Shown one piece after another: positions 54,489 to 62,635 of a stretch of DNA of 62,635 nucleotides; position 1 is the first letter of the stretch; each line of letters starts with the position of its first letter. The notes beneath the pieces were generated by a model. The model did not search any database. It was not told the DNA's origin and was given only the letters and a program-made list of their open reading frames with translations. The stretch covers positions 1-62,635 of the IMG/VR virus record IMGVR_UViG_3300048858_000128; one strand, 5' to 3'. Made by a program: the position numbers and the translations under genes. The stretch is from a virus. Lineage: Duplodnaviria > Caudoviricetes.

Positions 54489-55183
54489 ACCTCGTCACCA
54501 AGCCTCTCCGAGCCTACGCCGTCACAGAACACGACGAGAACACCGGCGGCATCATTTTCGCCCGCCATGACATCGCGGCCCGCAAGGCCGGTGCCAACGA
54601 ATACGGCGACGGCGAGCTCACCTACGTCAGCTGCCGCCGCGCACCTTGGGCAGACCACTGCGCCGAAACAGGCATCGTGCCGGCGAAGCTGATGATCGAC
54701 TTCGGATGGCATTTCGAGTGCCACGGCTGCGGCGCGCGAATCGACGTGGATTGGCTTCGCGAAAATCGTCTCCCCCTCGACGGGGTCTGCGGCTCCCAGA
54801 ATGGTTGGGTGTTTTGCTGCGCGCGCTGCAAGTGGCGCCACAAAAAGTACCTTGGCCGGGAGCGCGCGGCGAAAGACGATGCGATCGAGGCATTCAAGGC
54901 CATCATCCGCGCTAGATTCGGCGACGTCGAGTTCGTCGAGCGGGGAGAGACCGGAGGTCATCACGTCTATGTCGTCGAAGGCGAGCGCGGCGGCTGGCAT
55001 TGGAGCCAGGTACACGTGGCGTTCAAATTTCCGGGCATGCAGATCGGGCCTGCCCACCTAGTCAGGGATGAGCCCCACGGCAGGGGCCGCAACGGCTTCA
55101 TCGGCCCGACCAAACCCCACTACACCTGCTGCGGTGGCGACAGGGAAGCATTCGAGAAATTCGCCGCGGAGACGAAGCCATGA
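54485..55183 (+). CDS. Cys-rich hypothetical protein
   Basis: CRRAPWAD, GWHFECHGC, FCCARC. Confidence 0.7.
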   Translation: MNLVTKPLRAYAVTEHDENTGGIIFARHDIAARKAGANEYGDGELTYVSCRRAPWADHCAETGIVPAKLMIDFGWHFECHGCGARIDVDWLRENRLPLDGVCGSQNGWVFCCARCKWRHKKYLGRERAAKDDAIEAFKAIIRARFGDVEFVERGETGGHHVYVVEGERGGWHWSQVHVAFKFPGMQIGPAHLVRDEPHGRGRNGFIGPTKPHYTCCGGDREAFEKFAAETKP

Positions 55184-55458
55184 CCGGCCCGATTTCCGCA
55201 GCCTCCTGCACCCTTCCCAGCGCGCAGTTGCGGACCGACGTGGAGCGTGAACCCAGCTCCGACGTCACTGACGCGCTGGGGAGGCTCAAGCTCGCCCTGC
55301 AGCCTTTGCAGCTCATGCACGACTGCATCACGCGCGAGCGCCAGGGCTGGGCCCACGGCACGTTCATCATTTTCGAAAGCAGCTTTGACAACCGGGTTCG
55401 GTTCACCTTGGGCGAGCTCGACGCAGTCGTTTCTGCCCTTCAGGAGCTCGATCAATGA
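55180..55458 (+). CDS. Hypothetical protein
   Basis: ATGA coupling. Confidence 0.5.
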   Translation: MTGPISAASCTLPSAQLRTDVEREPSSDVTDALGRLKLALQPLQLMHDCITRERQGWAHGTFIIFESSFDNRVRFTLGELDAVVSALQELDQ

Positions 55459-55796
55459 GCGCCCGCATCCCCTGCCTCAACCCCAACTGCCGGCGCACCG
55501 CCGCGCAGGAGAAGTATCCCAACTCGTCGAACATCATCTGCGGCAAGTGCTGGAAGGCCATGCCGGCGGATTTCCGGCGCCGTTGGAAGACGCTGAAATC
55601 ACGCGATCGCCGCCTCGGCCGGATCCACAACAAGACTGCCTTCCGGCGCCAGGAACGTGAAGACCAGTGGAGCCGCATTGCGACCCGCTTCGATCGGGCG
55701 TGGGAAGCGCTCGACCTATCCATCATTCACTATTTCACCGCGTCCGAGGCGCCGATCGGCATCGAAGACTTCTTGAAGGAGAACGGCATTGTCTGA
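55455..55796 (+). CDS. Zinc-finger hypothetical protein
   Basis: CLNPNCRRT...ICGKCW. Confidence 0.65.
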   Translation: MSARIPCLNPNCRRTAAQEKYPNSSNIICGKCWKAMPADFRRRWKTLKSRDRRLGRIHNKTAFRRQEREDQWSRIATRFDRAWEALDLSIIHYFTASEAPIGIEDFLKENGIV

Positions 55797-55980
55797 AGCC
55801 GACCCGACCGGCTGGGCGAATTTCGAGGAGCCGGCGCCCGCTGCCAAAAAACCGATCTCGCTTCGCCTGGACCAAGACGTCGTCGAGTTCTTCCGTGACG
55901 GTGGGCCGGGCTGGCAGACCCGAATGAACGCCGTGCTGCGGCATTTTATGACCTCAAAAAAGGAGAACAGCATTGTCTGA
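55789..55980 (+). CDS. BrnA-antitoxin-family (RHH) protein
   Basis: KKPISLRLDQDVVEFFR..GPGWQTRMNAVLR. Confidence 0.85.
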   Translation: MSEADPTGWANFEEPAPAAKKPISLRLDQDVVEFFRDGGPGWQTRMNAVLRHFMTSKKENSIV

Positions 55981-56288
55981 TCCCAACGAGACGACGCCAA
56001 AGCCACAAGCCTTCGCTGTCGCCTACAAACCCACACCCGTCGAGAGGCTATGGCGCTGGCTCGGATTTCGCCGAGCCTTCGTGCCGGCACCGGACACCGA
56101 TGACTATCAGGGCCGCATGGTCGTTACGACGGTGACGCACTGGTTCACTGGCCGACCGCCTTCGCATCCTGATCAGCGGCCGCACCTATGTGTTCATCTC
56201 GTCGATCACAGAGCCCACTGTCGATCGCGCAGCTACCACGGTCGCGGTGAGCGTGCTGCCTCCTTCCTTGAAGAGGATGCAGCAATGA
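55973..56288 (+). pseudogene. Frameshifted hypothetical gene
   Basis: Apparent extra T at 56144-56145; the +1 frame continues SLADRLRILISGR...VSVLPP to a TGA overlapping the next ATG. Confidence 0.6.
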
Positions 56289-56539
56289 GCAAGCTCGTCG
56301 AGTTCGCCAAGGAAGTTATCCAGGTCGCGTTCGAGGGCGGCGCCCTCGACGGGGGCGACATTCAGGAACTGGCGCTGAAGCACGGCCTGATCGCCGAAGA
56401 GCGCTTTGATCCGAAGATCCACAAAGACACCTACGGCAATGATGCGGCGCCAGGCGACCAGTGGTTCGTTTTCGCGGGGCCCCTTGCTAGCGACTTCCCG
56501 AATCCCCTCGCCCACATGGAGCCGGCCGATGGACGGTAA
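56285..56539 (+). CDS. Hypothetical protein
   Basis: GAGGA RBS; DGGDIQELALKHGL. Confidence 0.65.
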   Translation: MSKLVEFAKEVIQVAFEGGALDGGDIQELALKHGLIAEERFDPKIHKDTYGNDAAPGDQWFVFAGPLASDFPNPLAHMEPADGR

Positions 56540-56894
56540 GCAACTCCACATCCTGCAGCACTCGCTCGGCTTGGATCAGCACGGACGCGGCACCTTCTAT
56601 CGGAACCGCTTCGTCACCGGCGAAGGTAGCAAGGACCACGCCGACTGCATGGCTCTAGTCGAGCAAGGGTTCATGACCCGCATCGCGAACGTCAAAATGT
56701 ACGGAGGCGATGATTTTTTCACCGTCACCGAGGAAGGGAAGCGGGCGGCAGTCGAGTACAGCCCACCGCCGCCGAAACTCACCCGCAGCCAGCAGAATTA
56801 CCAGGACTGGCTAAATTACGACAGCGACCTGTCTTTCATCGAATACGTGAAAATGAAAACTCACCTTCGCGCGAAGGAGGCCGGACGAGCATGA
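56529..56894 (+). CDS. Hypothetical protein
   Basis: LHILQHSLG.D...YRN.FV....D...C..LV..G.M. Confidence 0.7.
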   Translation: MDGKQLHILQHSLGLDQHGRGTFYRNRFVTGEGSKDHADCMALVEQGFMTRIANVKMYGGDDFFTVTEEGKRAAVEYSPPPPKLTRSQQNYQDWLNYDSDLSFIEYVKMKTHLRAKEAGRA

Positions 56895-56949
56895 CAAATT
56901 CTGTCACCCAATCCCCAGCGGCTCAGACGAATGTTCGGGAGGGCGCGAA

Positions 56950-57492
56950 GTGAAGATCGCCTCTCATCATGCATGGAAGGACAAGGAATATCAGCCGCGC
57001 CACGAGTGGCCCGGAGATACGCTCGTGCAGTGGGGCGGGCATGGCCTCGTCCTCTCGAAGTCCTCATACACCACCGCGTTTTTCGAGGCGTTCCCCGACA
57101 AGAAAATCACCGACCGTGGCGGGTTCATCCGCGGCGAAGGAAAGACAATCGAGGAAGCGGAAGACGATGCTTTCGCCAAATTCACGAAGGAATCGTCCTG
57201 CCAACACCTTTGGGGCCGAGAGCACTATCGGAACAGCGGGCAGTTGTGCCGACATTGCCGCGCCTTTCGATGCAAAACGCTCAAAGAAGTCGTGATCCTG
57301 GGCAGACACCGCAAGCCATTGGAGTGGTATCATGTGCACGATCTAGAGATGGATAGCGACAGCAAGTACATTCGCATCCTGCGCCTCCGAGCCAAACTGT
57401 TCGGCATCACGGAAAGCCCGCCCAAAGCGACTGCTACGGACGCATTCATTGCCTCCATCCTTCCAGACAATGAGACGGAGAGACAGCCATGA
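56950..57492 (+). CDS. Hypothetical protein
   Basis: FFEAFP...FIRGEG.TIEEAE; C.H...C..C. Confidence 0.7.
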   Translation: MKIASHHAWKDKEYQPRHEWPGDTLVQWGGHGLVLSKSSYTTAFFEAFPDKKITDRGGFIRGEGKTIEEAEDDAFAKFTKESSCQHLWGREHYRNSGQLCRHCRAFRCKTLKEVVILGRHRKPLEWYHVHDLEMDSDSKYIRILRLRAKLFGITESPPKATATDAFIASILPDNETERQP

Positions 57493-57800
57493 GCGAAGCA
57501 CTCAAGTTGTGGTTCTTCCGCGACCTGACTGATGATCAGCGCCTGAAGCTTTTCGGCCTCTTTGGTTTGCCAGTCGGTGAGATCGGCAAAGTTTATGGCC
57601 GGCAATCGATCGCCGCTCGTCACATCGGTGACAAACTCGTTCAGTTAGTCTGGAACGAAGCCAACGTATTCGCCGCCGAGCCAACGCAGCAGGATGTCGC
57701 CGACAAGACGCACCCGCGCTTCATCGCTGGCTACACCGCCGGTCTCAATGATGCACGGCTTGAAGCTGGGGACACCCCACCGCCCCAGACACATTCGGAG
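57489..57800 (+). pseudogene. 5' part of an early gene interrupted by a moron island
   Basis: Phage-like coding to about 57790, then the frame runs antisense into the stress mini-genes; a similar phage-like frame resumes near 59250. Confidence 0.4.
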
Positions 57801-57838
57801 GTGGCAACCAGATCTGCGCACGCCCATTGCTGCAAGCT

Positions 57839-57982
57839 TCACTTCTTATCCGAAGGGATCTTTCTCGCAGCATTCCGTAGACCTTCTTCAGCCTGCTTTT
57901 TCAGGTCCTCACGTGCGGTGTCTGCGGAATCTGGGTTCGTGCGAGCCTCGTCGCTCGTCGGGTCTTGCTTCTCAGCCATCAT
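57839..57982 (-). CDS. 47-aa hydrophilic stress-type peptide
   Basis: MMAEKQDPTSDEART...; GGAGG RBS; GGAAC-N17-GTT promoter at 58010-58034. Confidence 0.65.
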   Translation of the reverse strand: MMAEKQDPTSDEARTNPDSADTAREDLKKQAEEGLRNAARKIPSDKK

Positions 57983-58196
57983 CAAGGCCTCCGTGGGTGT
58001 CGAAAAGCGAACCTGCCAGAAGTTGAATGGTTCCCCAGTGACGCTGCCAGCAGCGCCGCAAACAAAAAAGAAGGGCCTACCGAAGCAGACCCTTCCTCAA
58101 TGGGAAGCCGACTCTTCATGGGCAATGGAGTTGCCGACTTCCGCGCTCAAACAAGGATCGGAGAAATCCGTTCCCCTACCACCCGAAAATCACCCA

Positions 58197-58352
58197 TTAG
58201 GCCTTGAAGGAATCAAACCCGCCCATCCAGATGTAAATGCGCTCCGGCGTCTCGTCGTCGAGATAAGGGCAGGATCGCCTGCTTTTTCCGAGGGCGGCCG
58301 CCTGCTTCCCTTCCTCGAATATCTTCTTTCGCTGCTCGTCCGTCATAACCAT
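58197..58352 (-). CDS. Rmf/CrpP-like 51-aa protein, copy 1
   Basis: FEEGKQAAALGKSRRSCPY...WMGGF; GGAAC-N17-GTT promoter at 58360-58384; missed by the ORF track. Confidence 0.75.
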   Translation of the reverse strand: MVMTDEQRKKIFEEGKQAAALGKSRRSCPYLDDETPERIYIWMGGFDSFKA

Positions 58353-58405
58353 GCCGCAGAACTAGAATCGGCAGCTCGCGTTCCAACCCCGCCGCCCGCA
58401 AATAT
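58210..58405. repeat. ~190-bp diverged direct repeat (partner at about 58893-59088)
   Basis: Shared blocks such as CCTCGAATATCTTCTTTCGCTGCTCGTC and CCGCCCGCAAATATT. Confidence 0.9.
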
Positions 58406-58641
58406 TAGGGGCGATAACGCTTGTCCCGTTTCCGTCGAGAAGACCTGACCCGTAAATAGGCCGCTATCCCGACGAGGGTTCCAAGAGCAGTCCAGTAGAT
58501 TGTTGGTGTGTTCGTTCCCGCAGCCGCAAACGAGCCGACAATCAGTCCCAGGCCAACGTAAAAAACCAAAGAAAGCCTGCTGCATAGCAAGACTTCGAGG
58601 AAAATCCGGATGAATGTCCTGACAAACTCCACCAAGGTCAA
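58405..58641 (-). CDS. Small membrane protein
   Basis: Two TM segments and a basic tail. Confidence 0.5.
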   Translation of the reverse strand: MTLVEFVRTFIRIFLEVLLCSRLSLVFYVGLGLIVGSFAAAGTNTPTIYWTALGTLVGIAAYLRVRSSRRKRDKRYRP

Positions 58642-58879
58642 AATCTCCGACGTGGGTTTAACCGCTCAACGCAATGACGTTATCGGTGAAACCTTTGCAA
58701 AGGATTTCGGCACCCCATCACCCCAACTGAAATTGCATGAAGCGCACGCGGGTCCGCCTTCGCGTGCGCTCCATGGCCTAAGCAAAACATCCGGCTCCGA
58801 TGGTGTGGGCGTCTCCGAGTATATTAGCAATTCACGAATGATATCCGGTGATGGCGGCACGCCGCCCGAGCTGTACACG

Positions 58880-59035
58880 TTAGGGACGGAAGGCGTCGAA
58901 CCCCGCGATCCAGAGGTAGATGCGCTCCGGGGTCTCATCACTGAGATACGGGCAGGATCGCCTGCTCTGACCGCGCATCGCCGCCTGCTTCCCCTCCTCG
59001 AATATCTTCTTTCGCTGCTCGTCAGTCAGATCCAT
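58880..59035 (-). CDS. Rmf/CrpP-like 51-aa protein, copy 2
   Basis: MDLTDEQRKKIFEEGKQAAMRGQSRRSCPYLSDETPERIYLWIAGFDAFRP; GGAAT-N17-GTT promoter at 59043-59067. Confidence 0.75.
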   Translation of the reverse strand: MDLTDEQRKKIFEEGKQAAMRGQSRRSCPYLSDETPERIYLWIAGFDAFRP

Positions 59036-59486
59036 GCCGCAGAACTAGAGTCGGCGGCACGTATTCCAACCTCTCCGCCCGCAAATATTCAGCCTGCATC
59101 CCTTGGGAGCGAAGATCGTGATCGATACGCCCAGAGCACTGCGGCTGAGACGATTACGACACAAATTATGAAAAGCAGTATGTATGTACCCATAATTGAC
59201 ACTCCTAACGTGACACAACCAAAAGGCGGCCATTGGGTTCCACCCCTATTGAATTCGGCGGAAGGTCATCTCCGCGCCCAGGGCATCGGCCGCGATCCCC
59301 AAAACGACCGCGTCGTCTTCCTTTCGCTCAATCGCTCTCCGAAAGATGATGAGCTGCGGGCAATCCATGACGCCATCCGTCGCACGCCGGCCACCTGCCC
59401 CTTCTGCTCAAAGCCGACCTACGTGCTGCCGTGCTCGCATTGCGGCGAGCCGGACGTCCCCGACAACGATTTCTGAGGTAATCACA

Positions 59487-59927
59487 ATGAGCCGCATCTA
59501 TCTCGCCTCCTCATGGCGAAACAAGTACCAGCCCGACGCGGTCACCATGCTGCGCGCCGCGGGGCATGAGGTCTATGACTTCCGCAATCCGCCGAACGGC
59601 GTGAAGGGCTTCGCCTGGTCGGAGATCGATCCGGACTGGATGGGCTGGCAGGCCAAGCAGTATCGCGACCTTTTGACGACGCACCCGATTGCCTCGCGCG
59701 GCTACCTCAACGACTTCCGCGGCATGGAGTGGGCTGACACCTGCGTTCTGCTGCTCCCCTGCGGGCGATCTGCTCACCTTGAGGGCGGATGGTTCGCCGG
59801 CCGTGGCAAGCGCCTGATCATCTGGACGCACGACGGCGAAGAGCCGGAACTGATGGCGCTAATGGCGAACCACATTGTTACCAGCGGCGACGAGCTGCTC
59901 GAAGCGCTGGGGCAGGTCTATGCTTAG
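59487..59927 (+). CDS. Nucleoside 2-deoxyribosyltransferase-like protein
   Basis: IYLASSWRN, GHEVYDF, D......AD..VLLLPCG.SAHLE.G. Confidence 0.75.
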   Translation: MSRIYLASSWRNKYQPDAVTMLRAAGHEVYDFRNPPNGVKGFAWSEIDPDWMGWQAKQYRDLLTTHPIASRGYLNDFRGMEWADTCVLLLPCGRSAHLEGGWFAGRGKRLIIWTHDGEEPELMALMANHIVTSGDELLEALGQVYA

Positions 59928-60096
59928 GTTCTTGATCTTCCCCGCCATCCCAGTTGTCGTCTACCTGCTGTTTGTGTTCGTTTCCCTGGAATGGAACATC
60001 TTAGCTTGGGATGCGCAAGGTCGTTTCCTCTTTGCACTCCTGTCCATCGCTGGTTGCGGTGCCTTGGCCATAGCTGCCTTCGGAGAAGAGCCATAA
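59920..60096 (+). CDS. Small membrane protein
   Basis: Two TM segments; coupled. Confidence 0.55.
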   Translation: MLRFLIFPAIPVVVYLLFVFVSLEWNILAWDAQGRFLFALLSIAGCGALAIAAFGEEP

Positions 60097-60497
60097 TGAC
60101 TAAGCTCACCCAAGCCCGGTTTTCCATGCAATGCTCATACATCGCGAAGAACGCGGCGGGATGGGCCGGCGATCTCCTGACGCTGCCAGAAACCTACGGC
60201 GACGCCGTGGATGCAAAGACTGTATCGCGCTTCACTGATGAGATGAGAGGCAAGCTGGATCGCCTGGATGAACTGGCGGGGCGAACTACGCCGCCCCAGC
60301 GTCCCGAGTTGAGCGATGAGGCCGTTGAGAAAGCGGCCCGGGGGCTCTCTGCTGGTCACTATGCCGGGCGTTTCAATCTTCCCGAGACTGATCCCACGGT
60401 CTTGATGAACGTCGATGCCAATTGGCACGTGTACGCACGTGAGGTGCGGATAGTGATGGCTGCCCTTGCCGCGACCGCGACGGAAAGCAGCCGATGA
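60096..60497 (+). CDS. Hypothetical protein
   Basis: TAATG coupling. Confidence 0.6.
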   Translation: MTKLTQARFSMQCSYIAKNAAGWAGDLLTLPETYGDAVDAKTVSRFTDEMRGKLDRLDELAGRTTPPQRPELSDEAVEKAARGLSAGHYAGRFNLPETDPTVLMNVDANWHVYAREVRIVMAALAATATESSR

Positions 60498-60760
60498 ACC
60501 CTTTGCGGAGAATGCGGATCACCTACCATGCTTGGCACAACCCGCCTGTGTGGGCATCCTATTACGAACCTCCTGGCCGAACTGCCTGTTACTGCCATGC
60601 GTCCAGCCTCGAAGAGATGTGGGGCAAGATGAAGGATTACTTTGCCGGGAACGGCGAAGTGCAGCCGTTACGTGTCGACGACCGCTTGATGAAGTACCTG
60701 CGACCTAACGAAAGGTACGTTGGGCTAACGCGCTACGCACCGGTGAAGGGCAGATCATGA
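60494..60760 (+). CDS. Hypothetical protein
   Basis: ATGA coupling. Confidence 0.55.
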   Translation: MNPLRRMRITYHAWHNPPVWASYYEPPGRTACYCHASSLEEMWGKMKDYFAGNGEVQPLRVDDRLMKYLRPNERYVGLTRYAPVKGRS

Positions 60761-60936
60761 CCGCAAACTCCCTCAACGGAAAGTGCGGCAGCTGCGCCCA
60801 CGTCTTTGTCGTGGCTCACCTCCCGATGCCACTGAGCAAGGCCGCCTCGCTGGCTAAACGGGCGGCATGCCCATCTTGCGCATCAACCTCGATCTTCGTC
60901 TCGACGGAGACCCCAACCTTAGCCGAGCGTCCCTAG
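60757..60936 (+). CDS. Small zinc-ribbon protein
   Basis: CGSCAH...CPSC; coupled; below the ORF-track length cut-off. Confidence 0.55.
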   Translation: MTANSLNGKCGSCAHVFVVAHLPMPLSKAASLAKRAACPSCASTSIFVSTETPTLAERP

Positions 60937-61338
60937 ATGGCTGAAAATTTCGCTGAAACCAAACGAATGGTCCGCGAGCCAGAGGCCATTTATCAGGCGG
61001 CGCTTTCCTTGCGTCGGCAATTTGCAACGATCGACGCAGATCCAGGCAAGGCAACGCTGTTGATGGACATGTGGACGAGGGAAAACTTCATGCGTGCTCG
61101 GGACCTGAGATTCGGGGTGAACTTTGATCACCACGGTCGGCCCCACTGGCACAACCTACAGATCGAGGTCCGGTTTATGGCGGAGCGATTAGCACCGTAC
61201 GTGACCGATGCCATCCCCGCCGGCAAGTTGATTTCCCGGGATGATGACCCTTTCCTTCTTTCGATCAGATACGAGAAAGAACGAAGTGGGCGCATCGCCT
61301 ACCTCGATCATCCCGATGTCCATTCCGACTGGAAATGA
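60937..61338 (+). CDS. Hypothetical protein
   Basis: Last rightward ORF, convergent with the integrase. Confidence 0.55.
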   Translation: MAENFAETKRMVREPEAIYQAALSLRRQFATIDADPGKATLLMDMWTRENFMRARDLRFGVNFDHHGRPHWHNLQIEVRFMAERLAPYVTDAIPAGKLISRDDDPFLLSIRYEKERSGRIAYLDHPDVHSDWK

Positions 61339-61345
61339 GCGCCTG

Positions 61346-62635
61346 CTACGCGGCTTTCAACCTTCTGTAGTTTTCCGGGTTGAGAATTTTTCGTGGTCCG
61401 AGCAGGAGTTCGGCAGCGGAAGGCGCGTCCTTCAAGATCAGGTCCGCCCATTCCTGCGCGAGCTCCTTTCGGCGGGCCAGGTATAGCCCCCGGTTATAGG
61501 CGGCCTCGATCTTATCCTTCGGAACGTGCGCCAGCATAAAATCAATCACCGCTCGGTCCCCCGGGAACTGCTCGTTCATGACCGTGCTGAAGGTTGAGCG
61601 GAAGCCGTGCGGCACGTGCCGCTGGAAATATCCCGCCCTGTTGATCAGGTAGCCCATGGCGTTCTCGGACATCGGCCGGTGTGCATGTCGCTGGTTCGGG
61701 AACACGAACGGCCCCTTGCCGGTCAGATCGCGCAGCGCGGCGATAGCCTCCATCGCCTGCTTCGAAAGCGGAATGAAGTGATCCCTCGCCTCGTCGTCCT
61801 TGAACTGTTTTTTGAGCTTCATCCGAGCGGCCGGGATCGTCCAAACCGGATCGTCCGGATCAACTTCGTCGAACTCCGCCCATGGCGTGCAGGCAAGCGG
61901 GCCAGGCCGAGCGGCGGTTAGCGCCAAGAGGCGGAGAGCCAGCTTTGTAACGGGATGCGCCGGCGTGCCTTCGATCTTCCGAAGCATCTCCCGCGCGGCG
62001 TCGAGAGACGTAACGGCAGGCTGCCGCCCCTTCTGCAGGGGCGCCATTGCACCCTTTACGATCGCGGCTGGATCTGATGAGGCTCGACGAGACGCTATGG
62101 CATAAACAAACACCGCCGACATCCGTTGCCGGAGCCGCCGGGCCGTCTCTTTCGCGCCGCGCCGCTCGACGATACGCAAAGTCGCCAGGACAAGCGCCTC
62201 ATCAATTTCGCGGATTGGGAGGTGCCCGACCGAGGGGAAGACGTCCCGCTCCAGCGACGTCAGCACGTCCGAAGCGTGAACCTCCGCCCATTGCGGCTGT
62301 TGGAGCTCGTGCCACTCGCGGGCAATGGCTTCGAACGTTTCTGCGGTTCGCTGCTGACCAACGAGCTTATCGATCTTTTTTACCATGCCCGGGTCGCGAC
62401 CGGACTTCAGCACCAAGCGGGCATCTTCACGAGCTTTGCGGGCATCGTTCAGTGTGACATCCGGATAGGCACCAAGCGACAGGGTTTGTTCTTTTCCGTT
62501 GAACCGAAATCGGTAACGCCAAAGTTTGGCTCCGGCGGGCGTGACGAAAAGAAAGAGCCCTTTTTCATCAGCGATTCGGTATGGTTTTTCTTCGGCTTTC
62601 GCCTTGCGCACCTGTAGATCGGTTAGCCCTGCCAT
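61346..62635 (-). CDS. int: Tyrosine integrase, P4-like with arm-DNA-binding domain
   Basis: LTD..V..AK...PY...D..GL, LG.YP.VTL..AR, TAAR, MK, HGFRST, LAH, AYNR. Confidence 0.95.
   Translation of the reverse strand: MAGLTDLQVRKAKAEEKPYRIADEKGLFLFVTPAGAKLWRYRFRFNGKEQTLSLGAYPDVTLNDARKAREDARLVLKSGRDPGMVKKIDKLVGQQRTAETFEAIAREWHELQQPQWAEVHASDVLTSLERDVFPSVGHLPIREIDEALVLATLRIVERRGAKETARRLRQRMSAVFVYAIASRRASSDPAAIVKGAMAPLQKGRQPAVTSLDAAREMLRKIEGTPAHPVTKLALRLLALTAARPGPLACTPWAEFDEVDPDDPVWTIPAARMKLKKQFKDDEARDHFIPLSKQAMEAIAALRDLTGKGPFVFPNQRHAHRPMSENAMGYLINRAGYFQRHVPHGFRSTFSTVMNEQFPGDRAVIDFMLAHVPKDKIEAAYNRGLYLARRKELAQEWADLILKDAPSAAELLLGPRKILNPENYRRLKAA

Larger units (their letters stand above)
1..62635. 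mobile_element. Temperate podovirus-type prophage (Bcep22-like gene content), essentially complete
   Basis: Integrase and AlpA excisionase at opposite ends; terminase, portal, scaffold, capsid, nozzle, fibre, lysis, cI/cro and replication genes all present; no tape-measure or sheath gene. Confidence 0.95.

Noticed and set aside
57489-59476. Long + strand ORFs 57489-58448 and 58610-59476 sharing a repeated peptide
   Set aside because: The repeat is explained by the - strand Rmf-like genes and their promoters; the + frames look like read-through across the island.
1-62635. attL/attR core repeats
   Set aside because: The window is trimmed to the xis stop and int start; no terminal direct repeat is visible.

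Overview
The window is an essentially complete ~62.6-kb temperate podovirus-type prophage. It resembles Bcep22-like phages: N4-gp56-type capsid, P22-like portal and nozzle, a giant DarB-like/polyvalent virion protein, and a CsrA-like gene beside the scaffold. The host is probably a rhizobial alphaproteobacterium, judged from a GapR homologue, a GAAC-N7-GAAC LexA box and EcfG/RpoE2-type promoters. It runs from an AlpA-type excisionase (left end) to a P4-like integrase (right end); the att sites lie just outside the window. Modules: lysis (-), capsid/tail/ejection proteins (+), morons, a 3002-aa polyvalent protein (-), stress-linked morons (glycosyltransferase, LigD, Crp/Fnr), tRNA-fMet, packaging and replication (-), an immunity region and early genes (+). 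Most notable hidden structure: (1) inside the giant gene, two small +1-frame genes with their own ribosome-binding sites directly behind effector domains, plus an antisense promoter driving a predicted ~80-nt cloverleaf RNA behind a predicted RNase domain, i.e. possible built-in immunity; (2) a covarying GCGC-A(N)3-4-GUGC RNA hairpin at the 5' end of five late transcription units, in a phage that encodes a CsrA-like protein; (3) a repressor lacking its autocleavage residues, plus a LexA-controlled operon; (4) several general-stress-promoter-driven sRNA candidates and duplicated Rmf-like mini-genes. All family calls come from motif recognition by eye; no database search or folding program was run.
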